NCBI GenBank assembly: GCA_029262415.1 | Contig: JAJCZL010000068.1 | Span: 2,372-66,371, forward strand | Direction of reading: 5' to 3' | DNA length: 64,000 nucleotides | Source of the DNA: Deltaproteobacteria bacterium | GTDB taxonomy: Bacteria > Desulfobacterota > Binatia > UBA1149 > JAJCZL01 | In this document: positions 1-10,801 of the stretch, piece by piece | How the letters are laid out: each line of letters begins with the position of its first letter | Numbering within the stretch: the stretch's first letter is position 1 | Translations under genes and position numbers: made by a program | The notes under the pieces: generated by a model | Told to the model about the DNA's origin: nothing | What the model saw: only the letters and a program-made list of their open reading frames with translations | Database searches by the model: none

Positions 1-317
1 TACGCGGCGACGCCCTCGGCAGCGAGATCAGCGAACATCTCGGCCGTCGAGCGTTCGTCGAACGGGGCCCCCGCGTCCTCGGCGGCCTTCCACATCGCCA
101 GCCACCTGGCCCTCTGCGACGGGGCTGTGAGCGCCAGCTTCGGCTCGCTGTAAGCGACCCAATGCTCGCGAAGCAACAGGCCGATCTCGACCGCGTAGAC
201 CGTGACGAGCATCGCGACCAGCGCAACAATCGTCCCCAGGATGCGCGAGTTCGCACCCCGACGACCTGCGAAAGCCGCAGATTCCGGCGTATGGTTTTCT
301 CGCTGCGGCTCTGACAT
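1..317 (-). CDS. hypothetical membrane-anchored protein, 5' part only (gene runs off window start)
   Basis: Minus-strand ATG at 317 preceded by AAGG; reads MSEPQRENH...ILGTIVALVAMLVTVYAVEIGLLL (one TM segment) and is open to position 1; not in ORF track because no stop in window. Confidence 0.3.
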   Translation of the reverse strand, partial: MSEPQRENHTPESAAFAGRRGANSRILGTIVALVAMLVTVYAVEIGLLLREHWVAYSEPKLALTAPSQRARWLAMWKAAEDAGAPFDERSTAEMFADLAAEGVAA

Positions 318-529
318 CTCAGTTACCTTCAAGGTCGTGCCGGCCGGAGCGGGACGCGCTCACACCGTAAACGCTTTCTATGGAAGATAGGTGATACCTT
401 CAATCGCCCATCTGATTTCAGACGCACGTCACTTCTTGCCAATCACCGAACGCACGTGCCCTCAGTAGCCGGGCATTGGCGGTGTGCAGCAGATGACGGC
501 CAACTCAAAAAAGGCGCTTGATTACGGCT

Positions 530-967
530 TCAACTCGCGGACGTCGATTGATTGGGCGGCTCGAGCAGACCCAACTGTACCAGAAGCGTGAACTGATCGG
601 TCAGCGCCCACTGCTCGGCAATCTTTCCGTCTTGCAAACGAAAGATCGAGGTGTCGGCAATCTCGACCGACTTTCCCGTTGCCGCAGCGAACGGTAACCG
701 GCCTTTGTGGGTGCCGCGAATCGTAAGCCGGACAACCACTCGATCTCCGGCAGCGATGAGATCCTCGATTGTCTCGTTGTAGTCGGGAAAGGCTTCGCGA
801 AGCATGGCGGCGAGTTCTTTTACGCCGCCGGCGCCACTGCCCCAACTCGGACCGAACGGAGAGGCGTGTACCTGGAAATCCTCGGCGTAGAACTCCGGGG
901 TGCGAGCGATATCGCCTTCGCTCCAGATGACGCGGCACGCGGTGCGTACGATTTCTTCATTTGTCAT
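530..967 (-). CDS. SnoaL-like / ester-cyclase-like (NTF2 fold) protein
   Basis: 145 aa; GDRVVVRLTIRGTHKG...FRLQDGKIAEQWALTD pattern typical of SnoaL-like polyketide cyclase family; recalled from memory. Confidence 0.5.
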   Translation of the reverse strand: MTNEEIVRTACRVIWSEGDIARTPEFYAEDFQVHASPFGPSWGSGAGGVKELAAMLREAFPDYNETIEDLIAAGDRVVVRLTIRGTHKGRLPFAAATGKSVEIADTSIFRLQDGKIAEQWALTDQFTLLVQLGLLEPPNQSTSAS

Positions 968-1074
968 ATGTCTGACTTTGCATTCCGCGACAGCTGTGTC
1001 ACCTGGCCGGCTCCACGTCTCAAGACCGAAATCGCTCGAGTTGAGACCGGCGGATCAAATCAACGAAGGATCGA

Positions 1075-1431
1075 TCACGAGCCGCCACGCATCGCGCGCA
1101 CGGAGTTAGCGGTACTTCCCATTGGCTCTCTAAAGACCGAGCCGTGGTTGAACTCAGCGGACCACGCAGTCTTCACACTATTAGTATTGTCGGCATTGAC
1201 AGTGGACGACCAGTATCTGTCGAGTAGTAGCGTGCCGCTACAAGCCGGATCGCTCACCTCGGTACAGCTCGCCCCGCAGTCGGTCCCATGCAGCGCAGGA
1301 TCTAACGCCGGTTCCGCCGCGCGGACATCTCGAAGCGTTTCCAGCTCACTGAGCGTCGGGATTCGCCAATCGTCGTAGCCGCCCACCACGACGAGGTCGT
1401 TTAGTGCCACAATGTGCTGCCAGATCGTCAA
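1075..1431 (-). CDS. DUF1566 (Lcl C-terminal domain) protein, possibly N-terminally truncated
   Basis: WRIPTLSELETL motif characteristic of DUF1566; short N-terminus without signal peptide. Confidence 0.4.
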   Translation of the reverse strand: MTIWQHIVALNDLVVVGGYDDWRIPTLSELETLRDVRAAEPALDPALHGTDCGASCTEVSDPACSGTLLLDRYWSSTVNADNTNSVKTAWSAEFNHGSVFREPMGSTANSVRAMRGGS

Positions 1432-1751
1432 TCGACCCGAGGCCAGGTCGCACGTTTCTCCCTCGTCGAACTCGCCAATGCGATTTTCGAGTACCTAGAG
1501 GTCTTTCACAATCGCCAGCGTCGACACTCGGCGCTTGGTATGGTTTCACCAGTCGAGTTTGAGATTCGACACAGAAGCGGGGCGGCAGCATGAATCCAGT
1601 TGGCCGACTCCACGAAAGTCAGGGCACACCAAAGTGTCCGGAGAACCCCGGGCGGTTCGTTGTGGCGCGCACTTCGCTTTTCACGTACAAGGTCGAGCTT
1701 TGCACGACGCCGCTGCGGCTCTGAGGCCGCGTAACGCAAGGATCATAACCG

Positions 1752-2795
1752 ATGAAGAGCATTCGAAATGACAAGGGCGCGAGCCCCATTTGCCGTCGTA
1801 TTTTGGCTGCAGTCCTGGTGCTGCTCTCGCTTGCGGCGGCGCCGCCGGCGTACGCGTCTGAGACGGCCGCAACAGTGGCGGGCGAGCCCATCACGATGGG
1901 CGAGCTCGAGAAGAGTGTCCGATCGCATCTCATTGAGATCGACAACCAACGCTACGAAGTTCTCGATGCGGGCCTGCAGGAATTGATCGGCGGGCGTCTA
2001 TTCCTTGCCGAGGCAAAGTCACGTGGGATCGCGGTCGAAGCGTTGCGCCGGGAAGAAATCGTATCGAAGGTCGCCGAGGCGACCGACGCCGAGATCCAAG
2101 CCGTCTTTGATATGAACAAGCAGAAGCTCGGCGAAACCACCCTCGACGACGTACGCGACCAGATCGTCGCCTACTTGCAGGGACAGCGTACGGCTGCGCG
2201 CACGACGGAGTTCTTGGGCGAGCTGCGCGCCAAGTATCCGACGGTGGTGATGTTGAAACCGCCGCTCGTCAAGGTTGCCACCGGCAACAACCCGCCGCGC
2301 GGCGCCGCCGATGCTGCGGTGACGATCGTAGCGTTCTCCGACTACGAGTGTCCCTACTGCAAGCGCGGCGAGCAGTCGATCGAAGCGGTGCTGACCAAGT
2401 ACGGCGACAAGGTCCGGTACTACCACCGCGATTTTCCGCTGCCCTTCCACGCCAATGCGCGTCCGGCGGCGCAGGCCGCACGTTGTGCAAACGAGCAGGG
2501 AAAGTACTGGGACTACCACGCGATGCTGTTCCGCAGCGCCGAGCTGTCCGAGGAGCACCTCAAGGAGATCGCCGACAGTCTCGGCCTCGATCGTGGCAAG
2601 TTCGACGAGTGCCTCGCCTCGGGCAAGTACGGTAAGGCGATCGACGCCGACGTCGCCGCCGGCGCCGAGGTCGGAGTGTCGGGTACGCCGGCGTTTTTCG
2701 TCAATGGCCGCATGTTGTCCGGAGCGCAGCCGGCCGAGAAGTTCTTTGCGCTGATCGACGCCGAGCTTGCGCGCAAAGGGGTCGGCCGCCGGTAG
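1752..2795 (+). CDS. DsbA-family thiol:disulfide oxidoreductase with N-terminal SurA-N-like chaperone region
   Basis: Signal peptide LAAVLVLLSLAAAPPAYA; thioredoxin CPYC active site (AFSDYECPYCKRGE); GTPAFFVNG DsbA-like tail. Confidence 0.75.
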   Translation: MKSIRNDKGASPICRRILAAVLVLLSLAAAPPAYASETAATVAGEPITMGELEKSVRSHLIEIDNQRYEVLDAGLQELIGGRLFLAEAKSRGIAVEALRREEIVSKVAEATDAEIQAVFDMNKQKLGETTLDDVRDQIVAYLQGQRTAARTTEFLGELRAKYPTVVMLKPPLVKVATGNNPPRGAADAAVTIVAFSDYECPYCKRGEQSIEAVLTKYGDKVRYYHRDFPLPFHANARPAAQAARCANEQGKYWDYHAMLFRSAELSEEHLKEIADSLGLDRGKFDECLASGKYGKAIDADVAAGAEVGVSGTPAFFVNGRMLSGAQPAEKFFALIDAELARKGVGRR

Positions 2796-2816
2796 AGGTT
2801 GGAGCCGGCCGGCGGG

Positions 2817-5800
2817 TTATTCAATAACTTCGCCGGTCCCTTCTGTCGGCGGACACGGACAGTCGAGCGTGATGCCTGCAACGCCGACGGCCGCGCGCAA
2901 ACACGTCAAAGCGTCGGTTGCTGTTGTGGGCATCGTGCCCTTGGGCGCGCAGATGCATTTGGGCGCGCAGATCGTGGCGCCGACCGCGGTTCTCAACAGA
3001 TAGAAACAGTCGGTTGCGACCGGGCCAACGCTCGACCGCGAGACCGGCGCCGAGCACACGCCGGGGCCTCGGTAGCCGCCCGCGAGCCCGGTCGGATCGA
3101 CGATGCGGCCGTTTGCGACGCCGTCCAGGTCGCCGAGACCGCCGTCTACGTAGGTAATAGTGCGCCCTTCCCCGAACGGGCCGGCGTCGGCGGTGAGATC
3201 GACGAAACCTTCGGTCGGATCGTACTGTAGAAACTGATCCGCACCGGGGTGGAAAAAGTTCACGTAGTAGAAAGCCCCGATGCTTTGGCCGACCGCGAGG
3301 TCGTCAGTACGGTAGCCGACCACGCCGAACGGAAACACGATATTGGGCACGTCGGCGGGGCTGGCCGCTAAGGCTTCGGTTTGCGAGAGCGTCGAGATGC
3401 GGTTGATGTTTCCCTGCGTTGAGAAAATCCCCATCACGTCGCCGTTCTCGGCGTTCTTGTACACGCTGATTCTTTGCGTGCTGTCGTCGATCCCATCTGA
3501 GTTGACGTCGAAGAAGCCGGTGACTTCTGCGCGGTCTTCGACGCCGTTGTCGTCGGCATCGTTCGGATCGACCGCGGCCGTCGTGAATGCAAAGGGTCCA
3601 GAGTATTCGGAGACCTGGCCCGAAGAGTCTACGTAGCGTGCGCTGATCGTATAGCCGGTGCCCGGGTCGAGCAGCGGTCGCGGCAAGACGAGTTCGCGCG
3701 AGCCGACCAGCTGTAGATGCCGTTCAAATACGACGCCCTGCACGCCGCCGTCAAGAGGACCTTCAATGCGGATGCCTACTGCGCTGGCACCGTCGATGCT
3801 GTCGGGGTCGTTAAACGACGAGATCGCAAGATTGAACTGTGAGAGCGGGAACGCGGAATCAGGAGTAAGTCCGGAAATACTCGGAGTCTCGGGCGGATAG
3901 CCCGGCAGCAGCGGCAAGGTAGTCGTGGTCGGGCCGGGGAACGTCGTGGTGGTACTGCTGATGGTGGGCTTGACGGTTATCAACTCGCCGGCCTGGTGGT
4001 CGAACTGCAGTGGTGCGGCGATGATCAGCGAGCCGAGACCGGTGATCGTCGCTTCTTCTTGGTTCGCGCCGCCCGGATTGATGACGATCGCCTGCCCGTT
4101 CTGGAAGAACTCGTTTTGCGCGGGATCCAACCCAAGTACTTCGAGGTCGTGGATCTCAAGCACCGTGGTACCCGCGGCAGCGTCGGCAGCGAGAGCGGTT
4201 TGCGGGAGTAAGAACACTTCGAGACCCGAGGGCACGTAGTTGCGCCAGCCGCCGCCCGGTGTCCAGCGTTGCAGATGACCGAAGGTGTTTTGGCGCAGCA
4301 CCAGCGCGCTCGGATTGGTGGTGTAGGTGGGAGTAAGCGGGCAGCTTTGCGCTGCGGCCGGGCCGGCCCCGCGCGGCGCAGACCCCAGGCCGGCCCCAGG
4401 CGGCGCAGAGCCCGGACAGCCCGAGCTGATGATCGCCCAGGTGCCGGGTCCGACATACACGAGTTGCTCTTCCTCGACCGCCGCTGCGAGGTCGTCGAGG
4501 CTGTCGGGTGTGGCATCGGCTGCACGTAGGTTCAGCGTGGCTCCGCGGAAGTACATCCTTGCGGCAGTGCGGAAGTCGACCGGATCGTTCCAGCTCTTGC
4601 CCGGGTCAAAGCGCGTTGCCCTTACGCGGCCGTCGGGTCTGTAGGCAGCCATCGCCGGTGAGTTGGGAGTGTGGGTGGAGAACTCGCGCAGATACGCGTT
4701 GCGTCCGGCGGCGTCGTTCCAAGTAAGCGTGGCCGGGTGTTGGAACTTGAGCTTGCGCATCAACTTATAGATTTCCAAACGAACTTCGGGCGGAAGTATC
4801 TTTCCGTCGGGGCCCAGGAACGCCATCGGGTCGATGTCGCCGGTGACCTTCTGCCAGCCTTGTAGCGGGTCTTCGATGTTGGCCACGAGTGCTGGACGGC
4901 CGTTTTGACCGGTTACCGGCGAGCCGCGGAACCTACGTTGTTCGGTGATCAAAGCTTCTGCGGGCAGCGGGAAGTTCTGGTCGAAATTGTCGGCTGCGCC
5001 ACTCAGGCTGTTGCGCGAGACCGGCATGCCGTCTTTCTGGAACTTGAGCCACTTTGCACGCTCACTCTTTGCGATATCGCCGCCGAGCCCGGTTTCGGGA
5101 TGCGCCCCCTTGCCGTACCACTCATCCCAGCGTTGGCCCCAGCGTGCTTCGACTTCGGCGATCGTCTCCGAATGCGCACCGGCATTGTTCAGCCGCCGCC
5201 GGACCTCGGAAAGAGGCGGCGGTTGGGCGATCAGCACCTCGTCGATCTGGTTGGGGAAGTCGAGCCAATCTACGTCGATGGGGTGAACGTTCTTGGCCTT
5301 GAGCGGGAAAGGCTTGAGCGCGAATTTTCCGGTTCTGAGTTTCTGGATAACGCCCGCACCGCGACGACGAACAACGATAGTGATGTTCCAGCGCTCGGCA
5401 AATTCACGGAACAACCGGTCGCTTAACTTGTCGATCCCGAACAACGGAGCCAGGTGAGCGGCATAGGCAAGGTCGTCACCGTTCTTCAGCGCACGTACGC
5501 CTACTGCTGCGCGCGCTTCGAGTGTTGCGGCTTGCGAAGCGGCTTTAGCCGCGACGCCGCGCGTGGCGGTGAACGCGGTCTTGTGTGCGAGCTTGCAGAT
5601 AGCGAACACGCCGGGAAGTACCACATCGATGTTCTCGCCGGTGAGCTCTCCCCACCACTGTGCAACTGCGGCAGAGTCGCCCGTTTCCCAGTCTGTGGCC
5701 AGGCGGGTAAAGCGTTGCTCGACGGCGTTATCGAAAAGTACGCCTGCATCGTTGAACGGCATCGCGAACGCGATCGCTATCGCGGCGATCGTGTTTGAGT

Positions 5801-8222
5801 CATACAGTGCCTTGTCTGCCGGCGTGAGGCCTTCGCGGATGTCGAGCAGGTACTTGGCAACCTTGTCGCCGACGGCCTCGTAGGTTTCCGGCCAATCCCA
5901 GGGCGACAATCCGAGAACGAGCGCTTGTCCGGCCAGACCGACGAGTGCAGAAATGCCCTCGGCGACGGTTGCGAGGCCGTCGAAGGTGCCGACCAAGTAG
6001 TGGCCGATCAACGCGCCGACCGACGCATCGATCGGCGGGTCGCTCGAGACGTCAACGCGCACAAGGTGGTCGGTAGAGCCTTCCTTGTAGAAGATCTGTT
6101 CCGGTGCGAGCGCAGTGCGCGTGTCGTCGGGGTTCAGAATGAAACCGGTAGGCTTGAAAGTGACCGTTCCGCGTGTACCGCCGTCTACAAGTGTACGTAC
6201 GGGCGCGCGGAACATAACCTTCTCACGCGGCGCAAGAACCTGCGCGATACCGATCGCGCACTCGGCATCCGGAGCGCTGGTGCCATTCGGGATCGGCTGA
6301 GCGTAGAACGCATTGCCCTGCGGCTGCGGCCGCACCACGACGAGGATCGTTTCATCGTTGCTAAGATTCTCGACTGTTCCGAGTATGCGCCAAGAGTTTC
6401 CGCCGATTACCCACTCGGCGCCGTTGCGAAGGAAGGTGTTGGAGGTCTCGCTTTCGAAGTACAGGATTATGTCGCCCGAGATCTTTACGACTGTAAAGCC
6501 GGTTTCGCTGAGCGTGCCTATACCGGACGGGTCTTGTGCGGTGATGAGCGCTTCGACGTTGTATTCACCGTCGGCGCGCGCTTCTAAAGTGTAGGTACGC
6601 GAGATCGACTCGCCCGGTGCCAGCGTACCCAAGGCCGCCGGGTTCGGATTGGGGCCGACCGGGTCGAACGGGCCGCCGGTGACCTGCAGCGCTCCGAGCA
6701 CCGGCGGCGGGATCAGCCGTGAGGATACCGCGATCGGTTGGGCGAATATGTTGTTGACGTCCTGGTTGAAAACGTTGGTCACCGTGACCGTAGCAGTGAC
6801 CGTTTGCGGGATGGGGCCTTGGGCGGTGTCCTCAAGCACCACCACGGGTTTGTCTACGTCGACCTTCACTTTCAAGATCGTCTGCGGCACGTCGATGACG
6901 CGTGTTACAGGGCCGGGTACGACCGCGAATCCGCGGCTGTCAACGCCGGTCGCGTCGTTGCTAAGAGTCAGCCTACCCCTGGAGGTGGCGCGCAGTGTGT
7001 ACGTACGCGACAACGCTTCGCCGGGCTGCAGGCTGAAATTTTGCGGGATCCCCGGCGGGTTCGGACCGGCTACGACTTCGACAATCGCCGACGGCGAGAA
7101 CACCAGCGGGGTCCAATCGATGCCGGTGATTGCCGCGGTGTTAGTCGGATCGGCCTGGATCGTGACGCGCACGTCGAATTGCTCGTCGACCTCGACGACG
7201 CTCAAGAGGCGGCCGGGGAGCGTCAAGGAGAGGATCAGGTTGTCCGTCATCCCGATCGCGACGCTCTCGGCATTCATCTCGATTCCGCGCTCGCTGTCGC
7301 TGTTCGTCGGTGAGTAGTGCTCGAAGACCTCGAAGTAGTAGCTGGCCCCGCGCGCCTCGAGCACGGTGAGATCGCTGGGAAGCTGCGACGCATCCCGCAC
7401 CTGCACCCGATACGTCATCGTGAAGGACGTCGGAGGCAGGGGGCCGCCCCGATCCCACCTGACACCCACGGCCTGAGAGTCGCCGGTGACTACGGCGCCC
7501 GGCGCGCCGGTTACCGAACCGGGGACGATGTCCGCGCCTAACGGGGCGTAGAGGAACACGCGCGCGAACTGTATCTCGCCGTACGGATAGTCCGTGGCCG
7601 TCACCGTGTACGTGATTTCATCGCCGGGGGCGGCCGATCCCTGATTCGCCGTCATCCGCACACGGGAGTAGAGGAACGTCGCCTCCTCGACGAGGTCGCC
7701 TTGGGCGCTTCCATGGCCGACCTCGACGACGTTCGCGTCGATGTGCATCGCGATCGTCACCTTGGGTGCGATTTCGGGGAGGTCGGCCAGGTCGGCCACG
7801 CGCACGAGGATCTCTACTTCGGTGTGACTGTGTACGGATCCCTGGCCGGTCGAATCCTGCATCAGGCTGACCGTGTTGCCGTTCGCGGTCACGGTCGTCG
7901 GGTTCCCGGGAGGAAGGAACTCCCAGTCCAGGTACTCCATGGAGGACGGCAGTATTACTGTCGTCGTTGCCGTCGCCACACCGTGATTCGTCACACCGCT
8001 CCGGAGCCGGAGCCTCAGAACCTCTCCCGGCACGATTAGGTGGGTGAACCCGTCGCGACTGATGATGTCGAGACTTATCTCTCCGTCAGCGGTTCCGTGA
8101 GCCGCGGCGGGTGATGCTCCCAGGCCCGCGAGCACTCCGAGGACTGTGATCGCCGCGATCAGCCGGCGTAGGCAATGTGGCGGGGAATGGCGGTTCCTCA
8201 GGGCCCGGCTCTGGTTGGTCAT
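2817..8222 (-). CDS. giant secreted surface protein: DUF11-type repeat array, about 500-aa unassigned central region, Thr-rich linker, FN3-like and Ca-binding D-rich repeats, C-terminal dockerin-like module
   Basis: 1812-aa ORF 2817..8255; likely start is MTNQS at about 8222 with GGGAGG 6 nt upstream; signal peptide; repeated TYTVTATD-like DUF11 segments; C-terminal ATDALTCLRAAVG dockerin-like motif. Confidence 0.6.
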   Translation of the reverse strand: MTNQSRALRNRHSPPHCLRRLIAAITVLGVLAGLGASPAAAHGTADGEISLDIISRDGFTHLIVPGEVLRLRLRSGVTNHGVATATTTVILPSSMEYLDWEFLPPGNPTTVTANGNTVSLMQDSTGQGSVHSHTEVEILVRVADLADLPEIAPKVTIAMHIDANVVEVGHGSAQGDLVEEATFLYSRVRMTANQGSAAPGDEITYTVTATDYPYGEIQFARVFLYAPLGADIVPGSVTGAPGAVVTGDSQAVGVRWDRGGPLPPTSFTMTYRVQVRDASQLPSDLTVLEARGASYYFEVFEHYSPTNSDSERGIEMNAESVAIGMTDNLILSLTLPGRLLSVVEVDEQFDVRVTIQADPTNTAAITGIDWTPLVFSPSAIVEVVAGPNPPGIPQNFSLQPGEALSRTYTLRATSRGRLTLSNDATGVDSRGFAVVPGPVTRVIDVPQTILKVKVDVDKPVVVLEDTAQGPIPQTVTATVTVTNVFNQDVNNIFAQPIAVSSRLIPPPVLGALQVTGGPFDPVGPNPNPAALGTLAPGESISRTYTLEARADGEYNVEALITAQDPSGIGTLSETGFTVVKISGDIILYFESETSNTFLRNGAEWVIGGNSWRILGTVENLSNDETILVVVRPQPQGNAFYAQPIPNGTSAPDAECAIGIAQVLAPREKVMFRAPVRTLVDGGTRGTVTFKPTGFILNPDDTRTALAPEQIFYKEGSTDHLVRVDVSSDPPIDASVGALIGHYLVGTFDGLATVAEGISALVGLAGQALVLGLSPWDWPETYEAVGDKVAKYLLDIREGLTPADKALYDSNTIAAIAIAFAMPFNDAGVLFDNAVEQRFTRLATDWETGDSAAVAQWWGELTGENIDVVLPGVFAICKLAHKTAFTATRGVAAKAASQAATLEARAAVGVRALKNGDDLAYAAHLAPLFGIDKLSDRLFREFAERWNITIVVRRRGAGVIQKLRTGKFALKPFPLKAKNVHPIDVDWLDFPNQIDEVLIAQPPPLSEVRRRLNNAGAHSETIAEVEARWGQRWDEWYGKGAHPETGLGGDIAKSERAKWLKFQKDGMPVSRNSLSGAADNFDQNFPLPAEALITEQRRFRGSPVTGQNGRPALVANIEDPLQGWQKVTGDIDPMAFLGPDGKILPPEVRLEIYKLMRKLKFQHPATLTWNDAAGRNAYLREFSTHTPNSPAMAAYRPDGRVRATRFDPGKSWNDPVDFRTAARMYFRGATLNLRAADATPDSLDDLAAAVEEEQLVYVGPGTWAIISSGCPGSAPPGAGLGSAPRGAGPAAAQSCPLTPTYTTNPSALVLRQNTFGHLQRWTPGGGWRNYVPSGLEVFLLPQTALAADAAAGTTVLEIHDLEVLGLDPAQNEFFQNGQAIVINPGGANQEEATITGLGSLIIAAPLQFDHQAGELITVKPTISSTTTTFPGPTTTTLPLLPGYPPETPSISGLTPDSAFPLSQFNLAISSFNDPDSIDGASAVGIRIEGPLDGGVQGVVFERHLQLVGSRELVLPRPLLDPGTGYTISARYVDSSGQVSEYSGPFAFTTAAVDPNDADDNGVEDRAEVTGFFDVNSDGIDDSTQRISVYKNAENGDVMGIFSTQGNINRISTLSQTEALAASPADVPNIVFPFGVVGYRTDDLAVGQSIGAFYYVNFFHPGADQFLQYDPTEGFVDLTADAGPFGEGRTITYVDGGLGDLDGVANGRIVDPTGLAGGYRGPGVCSAPVSRSSVGPVATDCFYLLRTAVGATICAPKCICAPKGTMPTTATDALTCLRAAVGVAGITLDCPCPPTEGTGEVIE

Positions 8223-8513
8223 CGCAGCCTCCCAGTATCCCCGGCGATAGGGCATCGGGGGAGGACTAGCTTAGAGGCGACGGTTTCCCGGGAAGGGCAT
8301 CGTTCCAAGCGCAACGCGATCATCGTGTGAGCAGCATGCACCGCACTGGATAGTGCCAAGTGCCCGAAGTTAGAACAATTCTGACAAGGTATGCTTGTAA
8401 TCTAAATCGCCGCCGATCCCCCATATGGGTACTTCTTCATCGATTGCGTGACTTCACTCGTGCAGTTGATGTACGGAGCCTTCTCTGAGCGAGCGATCTG
8501 TTGGGTGGGACGT

Positions 8514-10049
8514 TCAGCCGAGGAACAGTCGATAAGCCGGGTTCTGCGTCTCATCGACGTAGCCGTAGCCGACTTCGTCCAAGAAGCGCTCGAACTCAGG
8601 CTTCTCGGCCGGGGGCACCTGCATGCCGATCAACACGCGGCCGTAATCGGTGCCGTGGTTGCGGTAGTGGAACAGACTGATGTTCCACGTGCGGCTCATG
8701 TGTTCGAGAAAACGCATGAGCGCGCCGGGACGCTCCGGGAACTCAAAGCGGTAGAGTAGTTCGTGCGCTGCCTGCGGCGCATGGCCGCCGACCATGTGGC
8801 GGATGTGCAGCTTAGCCATCTCGTTTGCGCTGAGATCGATAGTGTCAAAGCCCGAAGCATCTAACTGATCTGCTATCGTCGCCGCCTCGGCTTTGCCGCC
8901 GACTGCGATGCCGACGAATATGTCGGCGCGGTCTGAACTGCCGTAGCGGTAATTAAATTCGGTAATACTGTGTTCGCCGATCAGCCGGCAGAACGCTTTG
9001 AGGCTGCCCGGGGTCTCCGGGATCGTAACGGCGAGAATCGCTTCACGGTGCTCGCCGAGTTCGGCGCGCTCGGAGACATGGCGCAGGCGGTCGAAGTTCA
9101 TGTTGGCGCCCGAGCAGATCGCTACGATACTGCCACTGCCACTGCCGGCTGCAGCGCCGGTTTCGTCTGCGCGCGCCGCCCACGCCTTGGCGCCCGCGAC
9201 CGCGAGCGCGCCCGCGGGCTCGAGCACCGCGCGGGTGTCTTCGAATACGTCTTTGATCGCCGCACAGATCGCGTCGGTGTCTACCAGTACGATCTCGTCG
9301 ACGAGTTCTTTGACCAGGCGAAAGGTTTCTTTGCCGGCGATTTTGGTCGCCACACCGTCGGCAAACATACCGACGTGATCCAATTCGACGGGATGTCCCG
9401 CCTGGAGGGCCGCATGCATTGATGCGGCGTCTTCAGGCTCGACGCCGATCACTTTGGTATCCGGGCGCAGGCGTTTAACGTAGGCGGCAATCCCGGCGAT
9501 GAGTCCGCCGCCCCCCACCGGTACGAACACCGCATCGATCGCGCCGCTGTGCTGGCGCACGATTTCCACTCCGATGGTGCCCTGCCCGGCGATGACGTCG
9601 GGGTCGTCGAAGGGGTGAACCAAGACGCGCCCGGTCTGCGCCGCTATCTCATGGGCATGGGTCTGGGCTTCGTTGTAGTTGTCGCCGTGCAGGATGACGG
9701 TGCCGCCTAAGCGACGCACGGCATCGACTTTGATTGCCGGGGTCGGCACCGCCATGACGATGCTCGCGTCGATACCGAGCTTGGAGGCGGCAAGCGCGAC
9801 TCCCTGTGCGTGGTTGCCGGCCGATGCCGCAACCACGCCGCGGGCGCGCTCATCGGCACTCAGATTTGCAATCTTGTTGTACGCGCCGCGAAGTTTGAAC
9901 GAGAAGATCGGCTGTTCGTCTTCACGTTTTAGAAAGACCGGCCGCCCGAGCCGCATCGAGAGCGCGGGCGCTTGGTCGAGTGCGGTTTCGCGTGCAACCG
10001 CGTAAACCTGCGCGCTGAGGATCCGTTCGAGGTAGTCGACGCCCGCCAC
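8514..10049 (-). CDS. ilvA: threonine ammonia-lyase, biosynthetic (two C-terminal ACT-like regulatory domains)
   Basis: PLP-enzyme motifs FSFKLRGAYN, SAGNHAQGVA; 511 aa matches the biosynthetic IlvA architecture. Confidence 0.85.
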   Translation of the reverse strand: MAGVDYLERILSAQVYAVARETALDQAPALSMRLGRPVFLKREDEQPIFSFKLRGAYNKIANLSADERARGVVAASAGNHAQGVALAASKLGIDASIVMAVPTPAIKVDAVRRLGGTVILHGDNYNEAQTHAHEIAAQTGRVLVHPFDDPDVIAGQGTIGVEIVRQHSGAIDAVFVPVGGGGLIAGIAAYVKRLRPDTKVIGVEPEDAASMHAALQAGHPVELDHVGMFADGVATKIAGKETFRLVKELVDEIVLVDTDAICAAIKDVFEDTRAVLEPAGALAVAGAKAWAARADETGAAAGSGSGSIVAICSGANMNFDRLRHVSERAELGEHREAILAVTIPETPGSLKAFCRLIGEHSITEFNYRYGSSDRADIFVGIAVGGKAEAATIADQLDASGFDTIDLSANEMAKLHIRHMVGGHAPQAAHELLYRFEFPERPGALMRFLEHMSRTWNISLFHYRNHGTDYGRVLIGMQVPPAEKPEFERFLDEVGYGYVDETQNPAYRLFLG

Positions 10050-10060
10050 GCGCGCCCGTG

Positions 10061-10801
10061 TCAGGACGCGTCGGCTGCCGCGGGGCTCTTGCGCGCAAGA
10101 CCGGGGGCATCCTCGGCCGCTTCGCTTTCGGCGTTCTTGTCGCGCAGCAGTGCGATCAAGCCTTTCGGTCCGCGTTTGCTCGCCACGTCTTGGAACTGTG
10201 AGCGGAAATTCGAGACCATGCTGACGCCTTCAATGACGATGTCGATGATTTTCCATTCGCTGCCGCGCACCCGCATCCGGTAATCGATCAAAATGTCGGC
10301 GGCATTCGGTCGTATGATCTTGGTGTTGACGGTGCGGTCGCCGCGCGCTTCTTCGCGCTCGCCGGAGACAACGAAAGCAATGTCGGGAAAGTTATCGACG
10401 TTACGTCCGTAGGTGATCGACAGGTGACGCCGGAACACTCTCTGGAACTCGAGCTGTTCGTCCTTGTTGAGTTTGGTCCAGTTACGTGCGAGCACCAGCC
10501 GCGACACCGTGTAGAAATCTGCCGTCTCATCGAAGAGTGCTTCCAGCTGATCGCGCTTTTCGGCGGCGGGGGTGACCTCGTCTTTAATGATGTCGAGTGC
10601 TCTGTTCGCGGTCGTCTGGACCAGTTCTTTCGCATCGCCCGGTCCGTCGGCGATACCGAGTTTGGCCCACGCGGTCACGACGATCGCGCCGATTATAAAT
10701 CCGGCGAGGAGCTTGCGCCTCGAAGGCGGCGTTCTCGGCAGCGCCTCCTGCTTTTGATTGTCGCGCACGTCGTTATTCTCCGTCGAAGTAGTAGAGGTCA
10801 T
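10061..10801 (-). CDS. mlaC: phospholipid-binding periplasmic protein MlaC (Ttg2D family)
   Basis: MlaC-like sequence, last gene of the mla cluster; TM/signal segment LLAGFIIGAIVVTAWA. Confidence 0.65.
   Translation of the reverse strand: MTSTTSTENNDVRDNQKQEALPRTPPSRRKLLAGFIIGAIVVTAWAKLGIADGPGDAKELVQTTANRALDIIKDEVTPAAEKRDQLEALFDETADFYTVSRLVLARNWTKLNKDEQLEFQRVFRRHLSITYGRNVDNFPDIAFVVSGEREEARGDRTVNTKIIRPNAADILIDYRMRVRGSEWKIIDIVIEGVSMVSNFRSQFQDVASKRGPKGLIALLRDKNAESEAAEDAPGLARKSPAAADAS

Noticed and set aside
2817-8255. Dozens of 60-220-aa ORFs on both strands inside the giant surface-protein gene (e.g. 4025..4525, 5925..6587, 6649..7317)
   Set aside because: All are nested in or antisense to a 5.4-kb ORF with coherent domain structure. 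Their Arg/Ala/Pro-rich translations are the expected frame artefacts of 67% GC.
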